From the IMG/VR virus record IMGVR_UViG_3300046514_000672, positions 1,654 to 65,653 of that record: DNA of 64,000 nucleotides; one strand, written 5' to 3'. The DNA is from a virus (taxonomy: Duplodnaviria > Caudoviricetes). The position numbers and the translations under genes were made by a program. Positions 47,731 through 57,477 of the stretch are shown one piece after another (position 1 is the stretch's first letter; the number at the start of each line of letters is the position of its first letter). The notes under the pieces are model-generated. The model did no database searches. It was not told the DNA's origin and was given only the letters and a program-made list of their open reading frames with translations.

Positions 47731-49160
47731 AAATATTTTCTCACTTTCGGATCAACTTTAATTCTCTCTGCTAACTTGAACGGTTCACCTACGATGGTCA
47801 GCCCTTCATGATTCTTACACCGTGACAGCGCCACATACGCCATCCCAGGATGGCCAAAGAACGGGTCGCGGATGTCGATCTGTACACGATCCAGGGTCAG
47901 CCCTTGGGACTTATGAGCGGTTGTGGCGTATGCGAGTCTAAGGGGATAAAACTTAATAGCTCCTGTGTTCCAAGTTCCAGAACTACAGTTATAGCTTGGG
48001 AGTCCCCATTGCGCGTGTCGAATGCCACGGGCGTCATGGTCACACCCTTCCTCACAATAGATATGGGTAGGCGGGAATTGTTGCCCTGGGTACAATACCT
48101 CATTCCTGACAACTCCGTCCCAGGGGTCCAGCCCCATCCGCTCCGCTTCATCTCCTCGCGCAACCTTGTATCGAATAATCGGCCTGATACCAACCAGGGA
48201 TGAATTACGTACCAGCTTGATCCAAATTGTTCCATCGACATCTTTCTCCTGTATAGTCCCACAGTCTCCGTTAGCATATGCGAATCCATTCCCATCTGCC
48301 GGGGAGGCGTTGGCAAGGATCATGACATAGGCCCCGTCCTTGAGCTTTAACATCTCAGGGATATTCTTCCACTCATTGGCTTGGTCTCCCCAGGTGAGAG
48401 ACTTCATACCATAGGCAACCCCAGGCAGTGCGATCAGTTCAGAGTAATTATGATTATCCACCTGATCATTCTTAGACATGATGGTAGAGCCTTGGAAGGC
48501 TTTCATCACGGAGGGTTTGAATTTGACACCGAGGGACTTGAGGATATCTACACTTGCCTGTCCCTCGCCCTTCCTCGCATGGTTTAGAGCCTGAAGAAAC
48601 TCCAGATTATCCTGTCTCCAGATTTTCTCCAGCCGCACTGTATCATGTTCGAAATGTGCCCAGCTATCCGCCTCAAATGCCCATGGTGCCTTCACGGGAG
48701 GGAGCTGGCAGAAGTCCCCGGTGCAAATGATCCCTAATGGTCTCCCTTCCATGTCCTTGAATTGATTCGCTTGATTCGCCGCGTTGTGGATGTAGTCGAG
48801 CTGCCTGCCGTCCATCATCGAGACTTCGTCTATGACGAGGTTCCTTACTCCCTTTCCTATTTTGTGGAGTTTAGATGTAAGATAACCCCGGTCAAAGTTA
48901 TCCCTAAGCTTATCAGTATCATAATAACCGAGAACGGAGTTGAGAGTTGTAGTGCCCAGATTAATAGCAGCAATGCCAGTGGTAGCAGTAAGTAGACCAT
49001 ACTTCGGGTCCTCCTCGATTAGTTTCTTTTGTAAATATGTCTTACCAGTGCCCGCCGCGCCGGTGATGAACTTGCAATGCACGGAAGATGGGACATAATT
49101 ATCATCCTCCAGGGAGGATGGTTGGGGGGCAGTGTTTAGTAATTCGTCTAGTGTGGCCAT
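47727..49160 (-). CDS. Pif1/RecD-like SF1B helicase
   Basis: GAAGTGKT, ATTGIAA, IDEVSM, GDFCQLPPV, T-x-HKSQG-x-T, YVALSR. Confidence 0.9.
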   Translation of the reverse strand: MATLDELLNTAPQPSSLEDDNYVPSSVHCKFITGAAGTGKTYLQKKLIEEDPKYGLLTATTGIAAINLGTTTLNSVLGYYDTDKLRDNFDRGYLTSKLHKIGKGVRNLVIDEVSMMDGRQLDYIHNAANQANQFKDMEGRPLGIICTGDFCQLPPVKAPWAFEADSWAHFEHDTVRLEKIWRQDNLEFLQALNHARKGEGQASVDILKSLGVKFKPSVMKAFQGSTIMSKNDQVDNHNYSELIALPGVAYGMKSLTWGDQANEWKNIPEMLKLKDGAYVMILANASPADGNGFAYANGDCGTIQEKDVDGTIWIKLVRNSSLVGIRPIIRYKVARGDEAERMGLDPWDGVVRNEVLYPGQQFPPTHIYCEEGCDHDARGIRHAQWGLPSYNCSSGTWNTGAIKFYPLRLAYATTAHKSQGLTLDRVQIDIRDPFFGHPGMAYVALSRCKNHEGLTIVGEPFKLAERIKVDPKVRKYL

Positions 49161-49354
49161 AGTTTCCCGTTCTCAATAATACATTCCAAATGCCATACAT
49201 TTCGTAGGTTATCCTCATCCGGCAGTGCAGAGATAATCTCAGGGTCCTCTACAAACCGTTTACATAGGAGACAATGGGTATGAGTTTGTATAACGGCAGG
49301 GTAGTTATTCAAGTTCCCACCCTCTCTTCTCTGCGATCCGATAAATAGTATCAA
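49148..49354 (-). CDS. Small zinc-finger protein (start uncertain)
   Basis: CLLC ... HLEC. Confidence 0.4.
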   Translation of the reverse strand: MILFIGSQRREGGNLNNYPAVIQTHTHCLLCKRFVEDPEIISALPDEDNLRNVWHLECIIENGKLWPH

Positions 49355-49508
49355 TCCTTTCTCTCACTGCAATCCCGTTAGTGTTGAAGTTCACCACTTC
49401 ACCGTCTGACGTGGAGTTCCAGAAGGGTTCGGTAACTCTAATATTCAACTCCTCTTGGAGTTCTTCCTTGTTCATTGCCTTAAGGGGTTTGGGGGAATGG
49501 ATTTTCAT
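49305..49508 (-). CDS. Hypothetical protein
   Basis: ORF track; AAGGA upstream. Confidence 0.55.
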   Translation of the reverse strand: MKIHSPKPLKAMNKEELQEELNIRVTEPFWNSTSDGEVVNFNTNGIAVRERIDTIYRIAEKRGWELE

Positions 49509-49807
49509 GATGTTTTGTGTCCTTTCGAAATTAAACGTTCCGAAGCTTACGGTACTAGAATATGAACGTGAAAGTTATCTAGCTTTCCCTGTACAGGGGC
49601 TAACCGTTTAAATATGAGAAGGTTCCACACTGGTCCACCTACAAACCCGAGGCAATCCGCAGGTTTACCCAACTGGGAATGACCCATCGGCTCCCACAGC
49701 CAGTCACAGCCGGATTTAAATCTCCGTTACTCACTGGTCTACGCCTCACCTACCCAGGAAGCACCCAGGAACGGAAGTTTGCCACGCTTCCGCATATCGT
49801 TGGAAGG

Positions 49808-49990
49808 TTATCCTTCCGAATTCATACTCCGCCGTACCCGCAGCACAGCATATTCATGCACGCCCAGGGCAGAGACAATACTCGCACTCGTCTCGCCCTT
49901 AGCGATACGGGAGCGGATACTCTTCTCTTGATTAGCCGTCAACGGATACTTCTGGGGACGACCGGGACCTGATTGTTTCTTGGTTGCCAT
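49808..49990 (-). CDS. Small HTH DNA-binding protein
   Basis: GRP ... LT ... GET-x-x-SI-x-x-x-LGV-x-x-x-x-V-x-RV. Confidence 0.7.
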   Translation of the reverse strand: MATKKQSGPGRPQKYPLTANQEKSIRSRIAKGETSASIVSALGVHEYAVLRVRRSMNSEG

Positions 49991-50285
49991 ATAATTCCTT
50001 TCTATTGGTCATTGGCAATTTCGTCAATTGGGGTGGTCTTAGAGCCTAACGGCATTCATCCCGTTGGTACCTTACTTCAGCTCTAACGTCACCGGACCTT
50101 CGACCTATATTCTCCAAGCCTAGGTATTCAACTCGCCACACCATAGCGGGAGGGGGTTTCTGCGGGATGGAAGCCTGGACGAACCGTAGCTATAAACCAT
50201 CCGGGTTACTCCTCCCCCTCTCTAGCCCCTAGCTTGGTACTTCCCTTAACCCCAGTGAGAGCGGAACTGGGTCCTTGGTAAAGGA

Positions 50286-50927
50286 TTAGTCAGGGAAGTA
50301 ATCTTGAATTTTAGCCTGGGCGGCGACTTCACCCGTGCCCTTAATGTTAATCACGTGGTTGTAACGGTCAGAACCAGGGAGCTTAGGAAAGTTCTTCTGG
50401 CCCGACAGTGCAGTTTTATACTTCGGAGCCTCAGCCGTGCCGTCGTTGTACTGCGCGACCCATTTGGTAGAGACCTTGATGATAGGTTCACCGGCAAGTG
50501 CCTCACGAAACGCCTTCGCCAGGGCCAATGGAGTCTTCAAACTCTCCACAAACGCACGGGCCTCAGGATTCTTCGCCCCGCCAAGGATCTGAAGGATGAT
50601 ATACGCCATCGGGTTCTTGTTGTCAAACACGAGGGTGTTCACGCGTTCAAACACGCGGCGGTTGTTGTTGGCGTCCTCACTGACCACCCCGGCAGAGAAC
50701 TTCGTAGCGAAATACGTTCGCTTTTCCCCTGCCTTATTCGGTTTCGTTTCTTTCTGTTCCCAGTCCGGGGACAGATAAAGTTTCACCCGATGTACCCCGT
50801 CGTCGATAGGCGGAGGGCCTTCCATAGGATTAGCATCGGGATTGAGTTCGATCTCTTCCGCGACCATCGAGCTGTCTAGGCTATCCAGGTCCACTTTATA
50901 GCTTTGATTATTTGTTTCGTCCGCCAT
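50286..50927 (-). CDS. Putative single-stranded DNA-binding protein
   Basis: P-x-x-DG-x-H-x-V OB-fold-like start; lies next to the Sak4-like ATPase. Confidence 0.5.
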   Translation of the reverse strand: MADETNNQSYKVDLDSLDSSMVAEEIELNPDANPMEGPPPIDDGVHRVKLYLSPDWEQKETKPNKAGEKRTYFATKFSAGVVSEDANNNRRVFERVNTLVFDNKNPMAYIILQILGGAKNPEARAFVESLKTPLALAKAFREALAGEPIIKVSTKWVAQYNDGTAEAPKYKTALSGQKNFPKLPGSDRYNHVINIKGTGEVAAQAKIQDYFPD

Positions 50928-50997
50928 TTATTTCCTTTCGTTTCCTTCCTTGCAATTAGTTAGATACAGATTGAGCATAAAAGATTCAGGGATTATT

Positions 50998-51282
50998 TCA
51001 TTCCCAGACCGTATCAATTTCTGTGGTTTTGGGAACTTTGGGAACAACGATAAATCTGGGTTCGTCACCGGCCACCCACGCCGAACGTCTTTCCATAACA
51101 GAAGATCCATATTGTGCCGCAATGAATTGATCAAACTCGGAGGGCCTACGAAAGTCCACGATTTCATAGGTCGCCAGCAGCTTTTCAATATTTTGTTTGG
51201 CATCTGGCGTAGAGTAAATATCAGATGGGCGCTTTGTTACCGTCTCAACCGTCTCAACCTTCTTTGTATATGTATATTTCAT
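50998..51282 (-). CDS. Hypothetical protein
   Basis: ATGA coupling with the upstream ATPase. Confidence 0.55.
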   Translation of the reverse strand: MKYTYTKKVETVETVTKRPSDIYSTPDAKQNIEKLLATYEIVDFRRPSEFDQFIAAQYGSSVMERRSAWVAGDEPRFIVVPKVPKTTEIDTVWE

Positions 51283-52418
51283 CCTAATCCTTTCCTCTTC
51301 GCATCGATCTCCTCTTTCCACTTCCTTGCGTCATCCGTCCCTAATGTCAACATCTCATCCTGAGCGCGGAGATAATCCCCCACTCCCACATTCCCTAACA
51401 GAAAGTACCCATTAGGTGCATTCATCCTCTTTTTAAACGCCTCCATCTTCCCTGGGACCAACCTGGACTTCGCAGGCCACATGATCCCAGTGGCGGAGTC
51501 AGGATGGGACTGGAACCATGCGCGAACCCTGAGTTCAGAGAGCTTCTGCTTCTCATTCAATGGGTCCTTACCCTTCTCTTCCTGGTAGTCTTCGAAGTGC
51601 AGACAGTCTCCTACGTACTGAGGGATCGCAGCGGTAATTGCACTGCCTGCCACTAACGGTCCATACTTCGTTTGTTTGTCGAGTTTGTCTTCTCCCTTAC
51701 CCTCCAGAGAAGTGTAAAGTATCCGCTCAACAGGCAGGCTAGAGAAATTCCGAATAAGATCGAGGATGAAGTTCTGAGCATAGTTATAATGCCCGCGACT
51801 TGGAGCGCCAAAAGAAAAAGATCCAAAATCGGACTCTTCGGTAAACTTCGATACCACATCCTCATTTATCTTCCTCCCCTTATCTACAGCGTCACGCATA
51901 ATAGCAGAGGAAATACTCGCCCAGCCTTCGATAGCAAATGCGCCTACGTCAGCTAGGAGTTTCTTCCTATCATCCCTGGATGGAACCGTCACTGCCCCTG
52001 GTTGCCTGATCCCATGTTCCAACTTCTTCGGCCACGCTCCTTTACTCGCAGCGATCAACGCCGCGTTCATACTCTGTTCGTCAATCACCCTCCAGGGTTC
52101 GATAATCCCTATGTTCACCTCAGGCTGGATAGGCGCATAACCCCCACCGTCAGCCGTGATGAGTCTTGTTTTCTTCCCAGTCTTCTCATAGATATACCTA
52201 GCAAACTGCCCTATCTGCGAGGTCTTGAACGTTCCGGTGGGTCCGTACATGACCATTGTGTTGTGGAGCATTTCTGCCACTGCCTGGGGGTCTGAGACTG
52301 TGAAGGATTGGTCGGACAACGCAGGTTTGGGTACAAACTTCTCGCGTATCTCTTTTCCGATCTCAGAGTAGATAGGAATATTTTGTAAATTAGGTTCTGA
52401 TTTCTTTGGAAATTCCAT
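51279..52418 (-). CDS. AAA_24 / Sak4-like P-loop recombination ATPase
   Basis: YGPTGTFKTS Walker A; GP-x-x-x-G ... IP-x-x-x-G pattern; context with SSB and nuclease. Confidence 0.65.
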   Translation of the reverse strand: MEFPKKSEPNLQNIPIYSEIGKEIREKFVPKPALSDQSFTVSDPQAVAEMLHNTMVMYGPTGTFKTSQIGQFARYIYEKTGKKTRLITADGGGYAPIQPEVNIGIIEPWRVIDEQSMNAALIAASKGAWPKKLEHGIRQPGAVTVPSRDDRKKLLADVGAFAIEGWASISSAIMRDAVDKGRKINEDVVSKFTEESDFGSFSFGAPSRGHYNYAQNFILDLIRNFSSLPVERILYTSLEGKGEDKLDKQTKYGPLVAGSAITAAIPQYVGDCLHFEDYQEEKGKDPLNEKQKLSELRVRAWFQSHPDSATGIMWPAKSRLVPGKMEAFKKRMNAPNGYFLLGNVGVGDYLRAQDEMLTLGTDDARKWKEEIDAKRKGLG

Positions 52419-52446
52419 TCATTCCTTTCCTTGGGGAGATACTTTT

Positions 52447-52455
52447 ATTATAGCA
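52447..52455 (-). promoter_or_regulatory. Extended -10 promoter element
   Basis: TGCTATAAT on the minus strand ~30 bp upstream of the ATPase start. Confidence 0.45.
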
Positions 52456-52456
52456 A

Positions 52457-52669
52457 TTACTGTAGTCGAGCGGCAACGGGAGGATTGACGTAGTTGAAGA
52501 TTTGTTCTGCCGCGACTAGCCCTTGTTGGGCGCAAAATACTCCATCTATGCCCTCTCGATTACTCCCAGCAAATGCCTTGGCAATCTCCATCGCGGCGTT
52601 AGCAATGGCATTTCTCCTCATCACCTCTCGTTGTTCTAGCTCTGCTGGGTCGATCATTGTTGCTTTCAT
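52457..52669 (-). CDS. Hypothetical protein
   Basis: Coupled ORF with AGGAG RBS. Confidence 0.55.
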   Translation of the reverse strand: MKATMIDPAELEQREVMRRNAIANAAMEIAKAFAGSNREGIDGVFCAQQGLVAAEQIFNYVNPPVAARLQ

Positions 52670-52944
52670 TAAAACTCCTGACCTTTGAATTGACGTGGCG
52701 GTTGCTGCGTCATTACCTCATTCACGGTCTCGATTAATGTCTTATACGCGGTTTCGTATTTCTCCAGGCCCAGGATGCGGAGATTCGCCTCGGCCAACTT
52801 ATCTTTGTTCTGTGCATTTTCGAACTGGAGTTCTGTGTATCCTTTCAGTTTTGTTTGGTCACTAATGGCATATCCTACCACTCCGCCCACGAACAATGAC
52901 ATAGCCACACACACTATCGGCACCGCCACATTAAGCTGCTTCAT
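52669..52944 (-). CDS. Membrane-anchored coiled-coil protein
   Basis: N-terminal hydrophobic helix followed by a coiled-coil. Confidence 0.55.
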   Translation of the reverse strand: MKQLNVAVPIVCVAMSLFVGGVVGYAISDQTKLKGYTELQFENAQNKDKLAEANLRILGLEKYETAYKTLIETVNEVMTQQPPRQFKGQEF

Positions 52945-53170
52945 ATTGCTCCTTTTGTTTGTCGAGCAAGGTCTGGTCGGTTAGTGTACGCTCTAGTTGG
53001 TTGACCAGTGAAAACTTCGGATCAACCGCCTCTCCCGCCAACACCACCTCCACAAACTCTTTCTGCTCCGGCACACGGCGTACAAACTGCGCCAGGGCCA
53101 GGGTATACGCAGCCTCAGCGATAGCCAAATCTCGATCATCCAACGATGCAAATTTCAATATCCTCTTCAT
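52931..53170 (-). CDS. Hypothetical protein
   Basis: AAGGAG RBS before MKRILKF. Confidence 0.55.
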   Translation of the reverse strand: MKRILKFASLDDRDLAIAEAAYTLALAQFVRRVPEQKEFVEVVLAGEAVDPKFSLVNQLERTLTDQTLLDKQKEQYEAA

Positions 53171-53171
53171 A

Positions 53172-54080
53172 TTATGCTCCTTTCTCTTTACAATATTTCC
53201 CAAAGGCATTGTCGAGTTGCTTATCTGAAATGGTTCCTTCCAGCCGTAGGAGGATCTTTTTCTTCAATTCCACCTCTCCATGATTACTCCCAGGCCCCTC
53301 TTCATCAATCGCCTCGTTCAAATACTTCTTAAACCCTGGCATCTTCATCGTGATCACCGCGCCTGCTTCCTCAGCAGCCTCACGAATCGCGGCAGATCTC
53401 GCGCCACGAGGAGCTTTCAATTCCTGAGGTTCTTGCATCTCTTGTACCGTTGGCGGAGGAGAAGATAATACATTCTGTATAACTTCTGCCCGTTTCTGCA
53501 TGTCCTTCACCTTCAAGAGAGTAAACGCATCATCCGCCGTGATCTCTCCCTTATGCACTTTGATCTGCACCGCTTCCGGGAGTTCCGTTACCAGCTTCAG
53601 CGCCTGACTCACCTGCGCCTCACTGCCCAGACCAAGGATTAATTTAATCTCTTGCTGATTGTATTTACTCTCAGTGAGCCGCATTGCCGCACGTCCGTGA
53701 TCGATAATAGTCAGAGACTTCTTCGCTACATTCTCTCTGAGGTTATCAACCAAGATGTCAACCTCTGACTTGTCCTTATCCGTCTCTAGCACCACCGGAA
53801 TCATGAACTCAGGATGGGTCTTACCATATTCATTCGCCGCGAACCACCTACGATAGCCGATGATGACCTTCAGGCTAGGTCCAGTTTCAGTCTTAACTGG
53901 CACCACGGTAATCGCCTGCATAATCCCCCGACCTGCCTCCAGGTCCTCAAGGATATCTGCCACGTCCGCTACTGTATATGGAAACGCCCTTCCATTCTCC
54001 TCTTGGTTGACAATAAGGTCCCGTGGGTATACCTCTCGGCCTTCAAAACGTTTACTCTCGATTGATAGTGTACGCGCCAT
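53172..54080 (-). CDS. ParB/Srx-like protein
   Basis: G-x-x-Q-x-I-x-V ... IGYRRW-x-A ... EN ... L, then an HTH. Confidence 0.75.
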   Translation of the reverse strand: MARTLSIESKRFEGREVYPRDLIVNQEENGRAFPYTVADVADILEDLEAGRGIMQAITVVPVKTETGPSLKVIIGYRRWFAANEYGKTHPEFMIPVVLETDKDKSEVDILVDNLRENVAKKSLTIIDHGRAAMRLTESKYNQQEIKLILGLGSEAQVSQALKLVTELPEAVQIKVHKGEITADDAFTLLKVKDMQKRAEVIQNVLSSPPPTVQEMQEPQELKAPRGARSAAIREAAEEAGAVITMKMPGFKKYLNEAIDEEGPGSNHGEVELKKKILLRLEGTISDKQLDNAFGKYCKEKGA

Positions 54081-54093
54081 TTCTGCTCCTCAA

Positions 54094-55518
54094 TTAATCA
54101 GATGCAATTACTTCGATAGAAGTTTCAGCCAAGTGATTAGGGGTTCTGGGCTCAACCGTCAAGCTACTCAACGGATCATACATATACCCCTTACTCCCAT
54201 AACACAGCCCCTTGAACTGACAATAATAGCAGTCAGTAGGGTAGTCAGGATGCATGGGGAAGTGTTCATCCAGTTTCTCCTCGAACCCAGGCTGGCCTAG
54301 AACGTTGAACACGTCTTGTCGTCCCTTTGCCAGTCTTCGTTCTTCATAGAGGATCGTCCGTTTCCACCTGTCAATATCCTCTTCGTTCCGATAATACTCC
54401 ATAGGAAGTACAAACTGCTGTTGTATTCCATACCCTGGATCAAACCCCTGGATGGACTCATGGGCGAGTATCCCCATCCACTCCTTCACCCCAATCTGTC
54501 CCTCTTCCCATATAGGAGTAGATCTCCAGCCCTTCCCCAGGGTATGATTCCCTCCCATGTCATCCTTGAAGTTCCATTGCAATGCATATGGCATCATCCC
54601 CGCCATTAATTGTTTGTTCTTTGTCATCCGCACCGGGCCTAGGTCCTCAGTCTTCTTAAATGGCCGGATGAGAGGATTGAAATATGTGTACTTCCCAGAC
54701 CCTTCTGGGTATTCTTTACGCGTGCCCTTGAGGGCGAACTCCATTTTTACCGCGTCGATGAAAGGAGAGGCACCAGAAGAATATCTATCAACAAACCATC
54801 TAGGAACGGTTTCAGTAATTTTCTCAACCGGCACGGGAATCATTGTCCCGGCCTGCGCCTCATCCATTATCTTCTGCCACCTCCCCAGCCGCTGTTCCAC
54901 CGTCGCAATCTCACTCATCCCCTGCATATCATGACGATTCTGTTCCTCGTCATGCACGGGTTTCCATACCTTCTTGGTCTTGAGGGATAGGATATATAGT
55001 CCTAATGTATCCTTATCCATGAGTAATGCGTCACCTCGCATTCCCCAGACTAGATCGAATCCAAGAATAGGATCATTCTCTTCTCGACTACCTAGTGTGA
55101 AAATTGCACTCTCATCCCTCTCCGCCTCGACAATCTCAAACCTCTCCTTTATCTGCGGCAACGCGAAATAATCATACCCTCTGATCAATGCCTCGATCAG
55201 TGCCGCCTGTTCGTAATAGACATAACTCGCATCCTCACCCGCCTCCAGTGCCAGCCCCACAGACTTCACCTGCGGCCAATAGCCTTTCCACTTCCCATAC
55301 CCTTCTAATGTTCTCCCCACCGCCTCATCCACATTAGATCCTAACAATAGGTGATTAATCCCCTCATGAAACGCACCACCAGTGAGAAGATCCATGTTCA
55401 TACGATTGGGACGTACACCTGAGATAGGCGTACCGTTGGGTACCTCATATCCATACCATCGTGCCCGGGGACACCTACGCCCCTCAAGTACTCGTGAACG
55501 ATCTGAATAGCTTCGCAT
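54094..55518 (-). CDS. PD-(D/E)xK exonuclease (Cas4/RecB-like)
   Basis: CPR, G-x-AFH, E, D-x(12)-SLKT, C-x-x-C-x5-C Fe-S-type cysteines. Confidence 0.7.
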   Translation of the reverse strand: MRSYSDRSRVLEGRRCPRARWYGYEVPNGTPISGVRPNRMNMDLLTGGAFHEGINHLLLGSNVDEAVGRTLEGYGKWKGYWPQVKSVGLALEAGEDASYVYYEQAALIEALIRGYDYFALPQIKERFEIVEAERDESAIFTLGSREENDPILGFDLVWGMRGDALLMDKDTLGLYILSLKTKKVWKPVHDEEQNRHDMQGMSEIATVEQRLGRWQKIMDEAQAGTMIPVPVEKITETVPRWFVDRYSSGASPFIDAVKMEFALKGTRKEYPEGSGKYTYFNPLIRPFKKTEDLGPVRMTKNKQLMAGMMPYALQWNFKDDMGGNHTLGKGWRSTPIWEEGQIGVKEWMGILAHESIQGFDPGYGIQQQFVLPMEYYRNEEDIDRWKRTILYEERRLAKGRQDVFNVLGQPGFEEKLDEHFPMHPDYPTDCYYCQFKGLCYGSKGYMYDPLSSLTVEPRTPNHLAETSIEVIASD

Positions 55519-55529
55519 AATTATCCCCT

Positions 55530-55742
55530 TTAGTGTTTTATTTCACGTTCATATTCAACAGATGGAGATTCTTCTATTTCCCCGAACTCCGCACCGCACC
55601 AGTCACATTTTTCATGTGACCATGAATGGTTACAGTGGTGTCCGCAGGGACGTTGAGACTTTGGGCATTTATAGTATGGATCTGTTTCTTCATTATCAGG
55701 ATCTTCTTCGCAAGAAATACAAGTTTCGTCTAGTTCTGTCAT
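55530..55742 (-). CDS. Small Cys/His-rich protein
   Basis: CISC, CPKS-x-x-x-CGHHCNH, CDWC. Confidence 0.55.
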   Translation of the reverse strand: MTELDETCISCEEDPDNEETDPYYKCPKSQRPCGHHCNHSWSHEKCDWCGAEFGEIEESPSVEYEREIKH

Positions 55743-55887
55743 ATCTCCACCTCCTCAACCACGGTTTCGATTAGAGACGCTCCTTGAGCCTTAGCCCATT
55801 TATACGCCTCTTCCTTTGTAAGAAATGCAGACAGTCCAGAACTGATATCATCCCCATAATCAATACGATAGTATACAGGATAGATTT

Positions 55888-56268
55888 TCATTTCCTCGCC
55901 TCCTCAACCACCCCCGCAATCAACCCGTCCACAATCTCCATTAACTTTCCCTGGCTCGGTATCTTCCTTACCACCACCGTCTTCCCACTCAGCGTCCTAA
56001 ACTTCTCATCATCGTCCTTGAGAAGAAACAATATCTTCATCGTCATCCCACCAAACCTCCCCCACCTCTTGAGAGAATTAATCATCCTCTCCTCATTCCC
56101 CCTTTTCCATCTCTCCTTAAATTTCTCCCTGCTAAATCCCTCCGGCGTCCTCATCCTCATGCCCCGACTCCCCGCCTCGCTCCACCCCTCAGCACTAAAC
56201 TTAGTTGACGCTAACGCCCGCTCCAGTTTCTCCCTGTTCGTTGCTGGCTTTTCCTTCCCCAATGACAT
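55888..56268 (-). CDS. Hypothetical basic protein
   Basis: ORF track; overlaps the end of the helicase gene. Confidence 0.4.
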   Translation of the reverse strand: MSLGKEKPATNREKLERALASTKFSAEGWSEAGSRGMRMRTPEGFSREKFKERWKRGNEERMINSLKRWGRFGGMTMKILFLLKDDDEKFRTLSGKTVVVRKIPSQGKLMEIVDGLIAGVVEEARK

Positions 56269-57214
56269 ATTCCCCCTTCCTCACCCTCACCAGCTTTCCA
56301 TCCTCTACTTCTTTCGCAATATACCTATCAAACGTCCTTCTATTCACCCCCTTCTTAACCGCCACACTCATTAGATGAGAATAATCAAATTTCGCTCCAG
56401 GTATTTTCTCCCTTCCCTCCAGTATCGTATCGATGATGAACCTGCTATATCCCTCGGCCTTGGCGATCCTCTCCGGCAGTTCAAACCACCCCTGGTCATT
56501 CAATGACATATTCAACATCTCATTAGGATGATTACGTGGAAGGAGACTCACGATCCGTTGATTGTCCTTCTCCCCGCTCTCGATAATTATCACTCCCTCA
56601 CTGTAGCTCGCCCATGCCACAGATCCTAATATCTTCTGTCTAGGGTCCAAAAACTTCTCCCCCTCCTTGACTTTCGTGGTATGACATGCTCCAACAATCG
56701 TAACTCCCTTGATCTTACAGTATCTCTGCAATCCCGCCAGCCAACTACTCACCACCTTGTAGTTGTTCACCTGTCCGTCAGGACACATCCCTGTGAATCC
56801 GTCAATATAGATGAAATCTGGCCTGTATCCATAGAGACTGGTGAGCCTAGGCAGGATCTTTCCCGTCAGGTCCGCACCTACCAGATTCTCATCCACCAGT
56901 GAGAACACCGGAAACTTCACCTCCAGCCGCTCCTGCGTCTCGTACACGCTGTCCACCGCCCGATCCCCTGAGATGTACGCCCACTTCACCGGCATCGTCC
57001 TACGGCCCAGGAAATCGCTTGGCGGGGTATCGTGGAGGGCCTTATAGAGCTGGAACAGCATCGTGGTCTTTCCCACACCGCTCGCACCCCCGATCAAATG
57101 CACTCGTCCTGCCGGGAACAGATCCTCGATAATATACCTCGCCTTCTTACTACCATTTCTTAATGTTTTTTCTGCAACCGTTTCCTCTCCCGCCACGTCT
57201 AATATAGAATCCAT
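56201..57214 (-). CDS. AAA_25 / RepA-like RecA-fold helicase
   Basis: GASGVGKTT, YIDG, H-x-x-K, LGS; winged-helix-like C-terminus. Confidence 0.8.
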   Translation of the reverse strand: MDSILDVAGEETVAEKTLRNGSKKARYIIEDLFPAGRVHLIGGASGVGKTTMLFQLYKALHDTPPSDFLGRRTMPVKWAYISGDRAVDSVYETQERLEVKFPVFSLVDENLVGADLTGKILPRLTSLYGYRPDFIYIDGFTGMCPDGQVNNYKVVSSWLAGLQRYCKIKGVTIVGACHTTKVKEGEKFLDPRQKILGSVAWASYSEGVIIIESGEKDNQRIVSLLPRNHPNEMLNMSLNDQGWFELPERIAKAEGYSRFIIDTILEGREKIPGAKFDYSHLMSVAVKKGVNRRTFDRYIAKEVEDGKLVRVRKGEYVIGEGKASNEQGETGAGVSVN

Positions 57215-57324
57215 ACAATTTCCCTTTCACGCCCACCAACCCACATCACCAGCCCCAGGGGGGGCCTAACCATATAAATATAGGTTTCGTGTCAAGATAA
57301 CTAACTAGCAGAATAGGGGTTGTA

Positions 57325-57477
57325 AGATATGGACAGAGCTTTCCCGGCCTTTAGTCGTTGTTGCAAACAAAGGTAGACAACGGGCATAGGTCTCAGTGTC
57401 CAAATCTCCCCCTTGTCTAAACCGCATTTCGACATCCCCTCTCCTGCAAAAGCTATCAAAACTCTCTGTCCATATCT
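57325..57477. repeat. Perfect 14-bp inverted repeat in a ~370-bp intergenic region
   Basis: AGATATGGACAGAG (57325-57338) / CTCTGTCCATATCT (57464-57477). Confidence 0.75.

Noticed and set aside
49510-50285. tRNA or tmRNA genes in the non-coding gaps
   Set aside because: No cloverleaf with a proper T-arm and acceptor stem found by eye; tRNAscan-SE/ARAGORN would be decisive.
54094-55518. Cas4-like nuclease as part of a CRISPR system
   Set aside because: No repeat-spacer array or other cas genes seen; context with SSB and the Sak4-like ATPase indicates recombination.
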